Virus record (IMG/VR): IMGVR_UViG_3300012942_000009
Location: 1 to 48,036 of that record
Origin: a virus
Lineage: Duplodnaviria > Caudoviricetes
Reading direction: 5' to 3' (one strand)
DNA length: 48,036 bases
Made by a program: the position numbers and the translations under genes. The notes beneath the pieces are model-generated. The model saw only the letters and a program-made list of their open reading frames with translations. It was not told the origin of the DNA and did no database searches. Shown here piece by piece: positions 8,945-15,978 of the stretch; position 1 is the first letter of the stretch; every line of letters begins with the position of its first letter.

Positions 8945-9847
8945 ATGAAAGACAAGACAATGAACGACACCTCAACCCTCATTTATAAACCCACCGCGGG
9001 AACCCCTATGGAAACACCGCAACCTTCCGGCCAACTCCAGACGCTGGTGGAAAAGGCGCCCGAAGTCGGCGACATGTTCACTACGCTGGCGGCATTCGAG
9101 GCCGCGCAGCGCATGGCCACAGCCCTCTCCAAGATGGAGATTCTGCCTTCGGCCTACCGCAACAACATTCCCAATTGCATGATGTTGCTCAACCTGTCCC
9201 ACGCCTTCCGGCATCTTGGCGTAAGCCCGTTCATGATTGCCCAGCAATTGGTGCCGGTGAACGGCAAGTACGGATGGCAGGGACAGTTCGTTATCGCCAT
9301 CATCAATGCGAGTAAGCGTTTCGCCGAGGACTTGGAGTTCCAGTTCTCCGGCAAAGATGACGACTACGGCTGCGAGGCCGTGACCAAGACCCGCGAGGGC
9401 AAGGAAATCCGCGGCGCCAAGGTGACATGGAAGATGGTCAAGGGTGAAGGCTGGTCGGGCAAGACCGGGAGCAAGTGGAACACGATGCCCGAGCAGATGT
9501 TCCGCTACCGTGCCGGGGCGTTCTTCGGGCGTGCCTATGCAGGCGACCTGATGATGGGCCTCCAGACGGTCGAGGAACTGATTGATACCGGCATCAAGGA
9601 CGTATCGCCCGCCACCGACAAGGGTGCCGACCTTACCGATATGATTCTGGGGAAACCTGCCAAGGAAAACTCCCTCGATAACCTCAAGGAAATCCCGGTC
9701 AAGGCCGAGCCCGAGAAATGGGATGTGCCCGCACGGGAACCGACACTGTCCGCCACACCATCTGGGGCGTTGCCGTTACCCAAGGGCGTCAAGCTGTCCG
9801 ATGTGGGCAAGCTGCGCAAGGACAGCGTGGTCAACGATGTTGACTAA
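8945..9847 (+). CDS. RecT-like single-strand annealing protein
   Basis: AQRMATALS...LPSAYR...NC...KWNTMPEQMFRYRA..FFGRAY..DLMMGLQTVEE; adjacent to the RecE-like gene. Confidence 0.75.
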   Translation: MKDKTMNDTSTLIYKPTAGTPMETPQPSGQLQTLVEKAPEVGDMFTTLAAFEAAQRMATALSKMEILPSAYRNNIPNCMMLLNLSHAFRHLGVSPFMIAQQLVPVNGKYGWQGQFVIAIINASKRFAEDLEFQFSGKDDDYGCEAVTKTREGKEIRGAKVTWKMVKGEGWSGKTGSKWNTMPEQMFRYRAGAFFGRAYAGDLMMGLQTVEELIDTGIKDVSPATDKGADLTDMILGKPAKENSLDNLKEIPVKAEPEKWDVPAREPTLSATPSGALPLPKGVKLSDVGKLRKDSVVNDVD

Positions 9848-9888
9848 CCCTGAAGACCAACCATAACCAACAGAAGGAGAACCCCTCC

Positions 9889-10892
9889 ATGGGCTTTGAA
9901 CAACTGAAAAACCACACACTCTATCCGGGCGCGGAAGCCAAGAAACCCGTCCTCGAACTGCTCGACCTCGACCAAGCCGCCAAGGCATGCGGCATCACTC
10001 GCATCGAGTTGTCGCGCTACTACCACGATGGCAAGCTGCCCGACAACCTGTTCGAGAAGGTGCGCAGTGATACCACCGGCAACCTGAAATGGCATGTGCG
10101 CCGTACCGATATTCCCGACTTGAAGAAGGCAATTCTCGCCGCACAGGGAGGTCCGGTATCGGAAACCATCGTCAAGCCGAAGAAGGTCACCCTTCAGGAG
10201 ATTGCCGATGCACTCAACCTGACCCTCGGTCAAATCAAGCATATCCGTCACAATTCCAGACAATGGCCAGAGGGATTCCCTGCCGAATTGCGCCGTATTC
10301 CGGGGGTGAAGGGACAGGGAAAGGCTTACTTCGATGCCGCCATCATTGATGCCCTGCGCCACCATCCCACCGTAACCCTCATCAAACCGTCCGAGGGGGG
10401 CTGGCTGACACTGAAAGAAATCTCAGAAGCTCTCGATGGTGCGATTACTCCCAAGGGGATTTACCATCGTTTTCTCAAGAATATCGGGTCCCTTCCGGTA
10501 TCGCCCATCGCAAGACTTCACGCCCCGGCATGCGCGGCAGCATTTTGGAGTTCCACTCCGATATTGTCGCGGCGCTGGCTGCACTCATTGATGTGCCAGT
10601 GCCACAGGCCTACAAACGCCCACGACCGCCCGTGGCCACAACGCAGGAGAACCCGCAGGTTAAGCCTGCCGCAGAGGCTATCGCCTCGCAGGTGGTTACG
10701 CCGGAACCTGATGCGGCGCCGCAGGTCTGGTGTCACGAAGGAGAGGTCAAGGTGGTTGTTGCCCCCAAGGATTTCATCACGTGGCTCGACGCGGCTATCT
10801 TCCTCGCTGCCGAGGGCTACAACGATGCGTGTGCGGCCATCGTGCTGCGTAAGCTTGCGGGTGGCGCGCACAACGGCAGTGCAAAAAACTAG
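9889..10892 (+). CDS. Multi-HTH DNA-binding protein, apparently frameshifted near 10510
   Basis: Three HTH-like repeats (LDQAAKACG, TLQEIADALNL, TLKEISEALDG); the sensible C-terminus is in the frame of ORF 10530..10892. Confidence 0.55.
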
Positions 10893-10896
10893 GCTA

Positions 10897-10928
10897 TTGA
10901 CACAGCGGTTGTGCACATGCTCTAAATC
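10897..10928 (+). promoter_or_regulatory. Putative sigma70 promoter for the terD operon
   Basis: TTGACA at 10897 with an AT-rich CTAAATC element about 20 nt downstream. Confidence 0.4.
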
Positions 10929-10971
10929 ATCCGCCACCTCCATGGTGGATTGAAACGAACGAAAAGAAAGA

Positions 10972-11538
10972 ATGACAATGTCCATGAATCTGTCCAAGGG
11001 CGAGAGCCTGAACCTGACCAAGAAGGCGCCGGGCCTGAGCACTGTGGTGCTGGGTGCCGGGTGGGATGTTGCCGCGGGTGGCCCCGCCATTGACCTCGAC
11101 CTCATCGTCGTCGGCGTGAACGCCGATGGCAAGGCCAAGGAAGACAACTTCTGCTTCTTCAACCACAAGTCCGCTGCCGGGGGCGCCATCGTTCACAGTG
11201 GCGACAACCGTACCGGTGAAGGCGATGGTGATGACGAAACCGTTACCATCAACCTCGACAAGTTGGCCGCCGACATCACCCGCGTGCATGCGCTGCTGAC
11301 CTTCTACAACCACAATGGCCGTGACCTCGGGATGGTCGCCAACGCGCACATCCGCGCCATCAACGGTGCCGACAATGCAGAACTGGCCAAGTTCCCCATC
11401 ACCAGTGGCATCAGCGGCAAGACCATCTACTTCGCCGACCTCGTGCGCGGCGCGGATGGTTGGGAGTTCAAGGCTATTGGCGAGTCCAGTGCCGACGACT
11501 TCCAGAGTGGCCAAGTGAGTGCCAAGTTCGGCCTCTAA
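10972..11538 (+). CDS. terD: TerD-family stress/tellurite-resistance protein
   Basis: LSKGESLNLTK, GWD, DLD, HSGDNRTGEGDGDDE Ca-binding motif, WEFKAIG. Confidence 0.92.
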   Translation: MTMSMNLSKGESLNLTKKAPGLSTVVLGAGWDVAAGGPAIDLDLIVVGVNADGKAKEDNFCFFNHKSAAGGAIVHSGDNRTGEGDGDDETVTINLDKLAADITRVHALLTFYNHNGRDLGMVANAHIRAINGADNAELAKFPITSGISGKTIYFADLVRGADGWEFKAIGESSADDFQSGQVSAKFGL

Positions 11539-11603
11539 GCCAGACAGGAACAAGGGCTGCCCCGGCAGCCCTCCCTTTCCCACCACAATCGAAAGTCCCT
11601 TCC

Positions 11604-11828
11604 GTGAAATCCCTCAAGAATATCCTCAAGCGATGGTTCCTCTCGAACATGTTCGAATTGTCCACATGGATTGGCCTCATCATCTTGGTGATGGAACTGC
11701 TGCGCCGCGACACCTCCATGCTCATGCTGATTCTCGCAGGCTTCCTGCTCATCGTGCCCGACACCAAGCTGCGCCAGTTCATGCTCAAGCGCGCCGAGTG
11801 GCTCAAGCCTTACATCGAAAAGCTGTAA
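11604..11828 (+). CDS. Small membrane protein
   Basis: GTG start; two hydrophobic segments; flanked by hairpins (about 11553-11571 and 11839-11870). Confidence 0.55.
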   Translation: MKSLKNILKRWFLSNMFELSTWIGLIILVMELLRRDTSMLMLILAGFLLIVPDTKLRQFMLKRAEWLKPYIEKL

Positions 11829-11903
11829 GGCCCTTCTCCCGGCTGTGCGTACCCCACTTCGCACAGCCGGGTCCCTTTCCTCCATAACAAGAAAGTTCCT
11901 CTC

Positions 11904-12164
11904 ATGAACACCACCAAGCCACGTCAAGGCAACATCCTTCTCAGCCTGTTCCTCATCGGTGTTGTCGCCTGCGTATGCGCGATGCTCACCACCACCTACC
12001 GCATCACCTATAAGAACGGCATGGCCCGCGGTGCCTGTACCTACGCCGCCTTCCAACAGGTCGAATCCGGTATGTTGCCGGAAGGCCATGCCATCTGCAC
12101 CGCCACGCTGCACCCCACCAATCACGGCAGCTACATCACCGCCGTCACCATCAAGCCGGAGTAA
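11904..12164 (+). CDS. Small membrane-anchored protein
   Basis: N-terminal transmembrane helix. Confidence 0.55.
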   Translation: MNTTKPRQGNILLSLFLIGVVACVCAMLTTTYRITYKNGMARGACTYAAFQQVESGMLPEGHAICTATLHPTNHGSYITAVTIKPE

Positions 12165-12169
12165 CTGTC

Positions 12170-13117
12170 ATGACCGCCATCCTTACTTTTGTCTTCCTGC
12201 TCTTCGTGGCCCTCTGTCTTGCATTCGACATGGGTTTCTTCAACCGCAAGCCGCATGCGCCTTCGGTGCGCGAGGCCATCCTGTGGTCTGCCGTGTGGGT
12301 GGCGCTCTCATGCGGCGTAGGTGCCCTGTTCTGGGTAACGCAGGGCGCCGATGCTGGCACGCGCTGGTTCACGGCCTACGTCATGGAAAAGGCTTTGAGC
12401 ATGGACAACCTCTTTGTCTTCAGTCTCGTCTTCGCCTACTTCAATATCCCAGCCAAGTATCGCCACCGCGTTCTGGTATGGGGCATCATCGGTGCGGTGG
12501 TGCTACGTCTTACCCTCATCGCTGCGGGTGTAGGTCTGGTCAGTATGTTCGGATGGGTGCTCTACCTGTTCGGTGCCTTCCTTGTTTATGCAGGCATCAA
12601 ACTTCTGGTTATCGGCGACGATGATGACAACGATGTGGAGAACAGCCTTGCCGTGCGCCTCGCTAAACGCTTCATCCCGTATATCGGTATCCGCAGCCCC
12701 ACCCGCTTTTTCGTCAAAATCACAGAGACCGTGAATATGGGTGATGGCAATACCCCGGCGATGCGTACCAAAACCTATGCAACCCGCTTGTTCCTGTGCT
12801 TGGTGGCCATCGAACTCTCCGATGTCATCTTTGCGGTGGACAGCGTGCCGGTGGTGGTCAGCATCAGCCAAGACTTCCTGATTGCCTTCACCTCCAACAT
12901 CATGGCCATCCTCGGCCTGCGCGCGCTGTTCTTCCTTCTCCAGCACCTGCTTGACCGCCTGCACTACCTGCCGCTGGCGCTCGGTGCCATCCTCACTTTC
13001 ATCGGTGTGAAGATGCTGGCGGTGGATGTGGTGCACATCAGTCCAGCCCAATCCCTCGCGGTCGTCGTCGCCCTGCTTGCAGCTGGTGTCGGTGCCAGCC
13101 TATTGAAAAGGAGCTAA
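12170..13117 (+). CDS. terC: TerC/Alx-family integral membrane protein
   Basis: EKALSMDNLFVF, RVLVWGIIGAVVLR, IELSDVIFAVDSVP, TSNIMAILGLRALFF. Confidence 0.95.
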   Translation: MTAILTFVFLLFVALCLAFDMGFFNRKPHAPSVREAILWSAVWVALSCGVGALFWVTQGADAGTRWFTAYVMEKALSMDNLFVFSLVFAYFNIPAKYRHRVLVWGIIGAVVLRLTLIAAGVGLVSMFGWVLYLFGAFLVYAGIKLLVIGDDDDNDVENSLAVRLAKRFIPYIGIRSPTRFFVKITETVNMGDGNTPAMRTKTYATRLFLCLVAIELSDVIFAVDSVPVVVSISQDFLIAFTSNIMAILGLRALFFLLQHLLDRLHYLPLALGAILTFIGVKMLAVDVVHISPAQSLAVVVALLAAGVGASLLKRS

Positions 13118-13119
13118 CC

Positions 13120-13314
13120 ATGAAACTCTATCTCATCATCCATGTTATCGGCGCTGCCTTCTTTGTCTGGCGTGGCATCCACATGGGACGGCGCGCGCGC
13201 ACGCCTACCAGTATCATCGTGGGCTGCGTAATCCTGACCATCCTGATATGGCCTGTCTTGGTCATGCTGGCCAACGGTCTCGCCATGTATCGTCACCTGC
13301 GCAACCATCATTAA
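13120..13314 (+). CDS. Small two-TM membrane protein
   Basis: AGGAG RBS, hydrophobic helices. Confidence 0.6.
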   Translation: MKLYLIIHVIGAAFFVWRGIHMGRRARTPTSIIVGCVILTILIWPVLVMLANGLAMYRHLRNHH

Positions 13315-13331
13315 CAACAAGGAGAACAACA

Positions 13332-13379
13332 ATGCCCCTCAACACCACCGAAGTCACCATCACAGGCAACCTAACATGA
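13332..13379 (+). pseudogene. 15-aa ORF resembling the N-terminus of single-stranded DNA-binding protein (ssb relic or leader peptide)
   Basis: AAGGAG RBS then MPLNTTEVTITGNLT*; its stop overlaps the next ATG (ATGA). Confidence 0.4.
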
Positions 13380-13642
13380 GCATCAAGCGCCCCCATACCC
13401 CCATCCCTGTGGCCGACCTTTGCGCCTACTGGGATACCGTTGCCAGCGTTGTCTGGGATGACCTCGGCAACAAGGCCAGTGTCGTTTATCTCAGTAACGG
13501 CATCCGCCTTGAAGGCCATTGCATTGCCTGCGATGTAGCCGGTATCCAGATGGCTCGTGACGGCCGTGTCCTGACCATCCTGTGGCAGGTCATCGCCACC
13601 TACGGGCTGGCTGACGACATGCCTGACCACGTCCACCGCTAG
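13376..13642 (+). CDS. Hypothetical protein
   Basis: 88-aa ORF coupled to the upstream mini-ORF. Confidence 0.55.
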   Translation: MSIKRPHTPIPVADLCAYWDTVASVVWDDLGNKASVVYLSNGIRLEGHCIACDVAGIQMARDGRVLTILWQVIATYGLADDMPDHVHR

Positions 13643-13645
13643 ACC

Positions 13646-14035
13646 ATGGTTCTCAGCAAGCATTTCCGCGAGCGGTTGCTGGAACGCTGTGGCATCGTCC
13701 TCACCGAGCAGGAGGAAACCCTCCTGCTCGAAGGATGCCGCAGCGCGCTGGCGGAAGACCCGGTGGACCCTCAGGAAGAGCGTGTCATCTTTGACATTCT
13801 CCTGCCCCACAAGGCCACCAAGTTCAGTGCAGTTTACATCCCGAAATACCGCGCGATTGCCACCGCCTTCGCCTCCATCGACACCTCGCGCAAGTATTGG
13901 CAGAAGCGCAACCGCCGCCGCACGGTCAATGCCAAGCGCCAGCAGGGCCGCGGCTTCTATAATAATCAGGAGCATCGCGCGCGTATAAAGGCCTCCGGCC
14001 GCAAGCGCGACAGTGCCGCCGCACGTAAGCCCTGA
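13646..14035 (+). CDS. Hypothetical protein; candidate BECR-fold (RelE/colicin E5-D/DUF4258-like) RNase
   Basis: N-terminal SKHFRERLLER motif, later beta-strand pattern (FSAVY, IATAF), very basic C-terminal tail. Confidence 0.4.
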   Translation: MVLSKHFRERLLERCGIVLTEQEETLLLEGCRSALAEDPVDPQEERVIFDILLPHKATKFSAVYIPKYRAIATAFASIDTSRKYWQKRNRRRTVNAKRQQGRGFYNNQEHRARIKASGRKRDSAAARKP

Positions 14036-14044
14036 AACGACGAA

Positions 14045-14061
14045 GGAGGCCAGCGGCCTCC
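14045..14061. terminator. Hairpin between the convergent plus-strand operon and the Y RNA array
   Basis: GGAGGCC-AGC-GGCCTCC; followed on the minus strand by TTCGTCGTTT. Confidence 0.5.
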
Positions 14062-14150
14062 CTGTCCTCTCTCCATGGGCCCGGACGCATCCGGTTAAGC
14101 CCATCCTACATAGACCCTTGCCTATATGCAAGACCATCTAGCAAAATAAT

Positions 14151-14220
14151 GCTGGGGAATCGGCGACACGGGCGTCTGGTTCATTCCCAACATGAAGGAA
14201 CCCGCGTCTTCACCACCAGC
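14151..14220 (-). ncRNA. Y-RNA-like RNA 4 (minimal, 70 nt) with a Pro(UGG)-like anticodon hairpin
   Basis: Minus strand: GCUGG-UGGUGAA-GACGCGGG-UUCC-UUCAU[GUUGGGA]AUGAA-CCAGACG-CCCGUGUC-GCCGAUUCC-CCAGC. Confidence 0.75.
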
Positions 14221-14232
14221 GTCAATCTGGCC

Positions 14233-14297
14233 CCCGGGGAATCGGCAGCATGGGCGTTTTCACTAGCTCAGAAGTAACCCATGCCTTCACCACCGGG
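14233..14297 (-). ncRNA. Y-RNA-like RNA 3 (minimal, 65 nt)
   Basis: Minus strand: CCCGG-UGGUGAA-GGCAUGGG-UUACUUCUGAGCUAGUGAAAACG-CCCAUGCU-GCCGAUUCC-CCGGG. Confidence 0.75.
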
Positions 14298-14306
14298 AGA
14301 AAATAT

Positions 14307-14430
14307 CACAGGGGAATTGGCGCCAGCAGAGATAATGTGCTGCCCTTACACCACACCCTTGCGGGCGCCGGGAGTCGAACCCGGTCCTTTCGATTACAAG
14401 TCGAAGTATCTGCCGACTTCACCACCTGTG
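14307..14430 (-). ncRNA. YrlA-like Y RNA 2 (124 nt) containing a circularly permuted tRNA-Thr(UGU)-like domain
   Basis: Ro stem CACAGG-UGGUGAAG...GCCAAUUCC-CCUGUG; UUCGA[CUUGUAA]UCGAA; T arm CCGGG-UUCGACU-CCCGG; acceptor CGCCC-GCAA-GGGUG; D arm GUGU-AAGGGCA-GCAC. Confidence 0.88.
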
Positions 14431-14440
14431 TGAAATCCAT

Positions 14441-14568
14441 GTCAGGGAAAGGCGAGGACGGAGATTTTCGGTGCTATCCATTACACTACATCCAGCTTGC
14501 GCCGTATGCCGGGAATCGAACCCAGTCTCGTTCTTTCCACAGAAGTAACCGTTCTCTTCACCACTGAC
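14441..14568 (-). ncRNA. YrlA-like Y RNA 1 (128 nt) containing a circularly permuted tRNA-like domain
   Basis: Ro stem GUCAG-UGGUGAAG...GCCUUUCC-CUGAC; hairpin UUCU-GUGGAA-AGAA; T arm CUGGG-UUCGAUU-CCCGG; acceptor CAUACGGC-GCAA-GCUGGAUG; D arm GUGU-AAUGGAUA-GCAC. Confidence 0.88.
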
Positions 14569-14571
14569 GCC

Positions 14572-14604
14572 TTGACATATAATGCACGATGGCGTAGCAG
14601 TCAA
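14572..14604. promoter_or_regulatory. Overlapping divergent sigma70 promoters for the Y RNA array (minus) and the Ro60 gene (plus), with an embedded 19-bp operator
   Basis: Minus: TTGACT(14604-14599)-N17-TATATG(14581-14576), placing +1 at about 14568, the 5' end of Y RNA 1. Plus: TTGACA(14572)-N17-TAGCAG. Confidence 0.7.
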
Positions 14605-14632
14605 GCACCTTAAACCAACATGAAGGATTGTT

Positions 14633-15952
14633 ATGATGAAGACCAACGTATCCCGGTCGATGGCCACCCTGCAAACCCACGAAGGCGGTCCGGCGCGAGT
14701 GCTGGATGCAGCAAGCGAACTGCGGCGCGCATTGATGGCGTGCCTGCTGTTCGAAGACACTTTCTATGAGAATGGCGTGGAAATTGCCCAGCGCATCCAT
14801 GACCTCTCCACTAAGGTTCCCGTGGCCGACGTGGCTGCATTGGCCGTGGAAGCCCGCACTGTTCAGGGTCTGCGCCATGCGCCCCTGTGGCTGGCACTCG
14901 GTCTCATCAAGCGCGGCGCCACGCTGCGTGATTTGCTGCCGCAGATTATGAAGCGTCCTGATGATATGACCGAGTTTCTCGCCATGTATTGGAAGGATGG
15001 GCGCAAACCGATTCCGGCGCAGGTCAAGAAAGGTCTCCGCGCCGCGTTCTCCGCCTTCAGTCCCTATCAATTGGCAAAGTACGCCAACCGCGACGGCATC
15101 AAACTGCGTGATGTGATGTTCCTCGTCCACCCAGAGGCCAAGACGAAGGACCTCGAAGACACCTACAAACTGCTTGCCGAGGATAAGCTCGGAAATGCCG
15201 ATACGTGGGAGGTGGCGATTTCTGCGGCCGGGAATGATGAGGCCAAACGGCGCGCCGAATGGAATCGTCTGTTGAGCGAAGGTAAGCTGGGCTCTCTGGC
15301 ATTGTTGCGCAACCTGCGCAACATCAGCGAGGCTGGCGTACCGTTCGAGGTGGTCAAGGGCGCCATGGAGAACGGCCTCAACGATAACCGCGTGTGGCCG
15401 CTGCAATACTTCGCCGCCCTGCGCCATGCCCCGCACTACGCCTTGCTGATTCAGGATGCGCTCGACCGGCGCATGAAGCTGGAGCATCCGCTTGCCGGTT
15501 CCACTGCGATTCTGGTGGACGTGTCCGGGTCGATGACGCAGGGTATGGCAGGTAAGTCGCAATTGAGCCTGATGGATGCCGCAGCGGCCATGGCCGCCAC
15601 CTTCAAAGGCGAACAGGTGCGTCTGTTCTCGTTCAGCGATGAGGTGGTGGAGGTGCCGTTCTTCAACAACATGGGTACTGCCGACATGATTGTGCGCAGC
15701 CAGAACCATCACGGCACCCACATGGGCGCGGCGGTGGCCACGGTGGCAGGTGTCGCGCACTTCGACCGCCTCATCGTCATCACCGATGAGCAGAGCGCCG
15801 ACCGCGTGCCCAACCCGCCGCGTGGCTGCAAGGGCTACATCATGAACGTGGCCACCGCCAAGAACGGCGTTGGCTATGGTCCGTGGACCCATATCAACGG
15901 CTTCAGCCAAGCCGCGTGGAAATACATCGAGGCGTTGGAAGGCGCGGCTTAA
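14633..15952 (+). CDS. rsr: Ro60/Rsr TROVE-vWA RNA-binding protein
   Basis: THEGGPA, LRRALMACLLFEDTFYE, RPDDMTE, YQLAKY, LRDVMFLVHP, TWEV, ALLRNLRN; vWA MIDAS VDVSGSM and VITDEQS. Confidence 0.95.
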   Translation: MMKTNVSRSMATLQTHEGGPARVLDAASELRRALMACLLFEDTFYENGVEIAQRIHDLSTKVPVADVAALAVEARTVQGLRHAPLWLALGLIKRGATLRDLLPQIMKRPDDMTEFLAMYWKDGRKPIPAQVKKGLRAAFSAFSPYQLAKYANRDGIKLRDVMFLVHPEAKTKDLEDTYKLLAEDKLGNADTWEVAISAAGNDEAKRRAEWNRLLSEGKLGSLALLRNLRNISEAGVPFEVVKGAMENGLNDNRVWPLQYFAALRHAPHYALLIQDALDRRMKLEHPLAGSTAILVDVSGSMTQGMAGKSQLSLMDAAAAMAATFKGEQVRLFSFSDEVVEVPFFNNMGTADMIVRSQNHHGTHMGAAVATVAGVAHFDRLIVITDEQSADRVPNPPRGCKGYIMNVATAKNGVGYGPWTHINGFSQAAWKYIEALEGAA

Positions 15953-15955
15953 ATC

Positions 15956-15978
15956 AAAGGGGTCATTTGGCCCCTTTT
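15956..15978. terminator. Bidirectional intrinsic terminator
   Basis: AAAGGGGTCA-TT-TGGCCCCTTTT between convergent Ro60 and tail genes. Confidence 0.75.

Noticed and set aside
11829-12169. yybP-ykoY manganese riboswitch upstream of terC
   Set aside because: The region is occupied by an ORF and a simple hairpin; the riboswitch consensus was not recognised
14151-14568. Repeat array as a CRISPR or mini-CRISPR array
   Set aside because: Units are unequal in length, are bounded by two different conserved motifs that pair within each unit, contain T and D arms, and sit next to Ro60; there are no cas genes
14307-14568. Two ordinary tRNA genes or pseudogenes
   Set aside because: Arm order is permuted (T before acceptor before D), the acceptor stem is closed by a GCAA loop, and there is no CCA end
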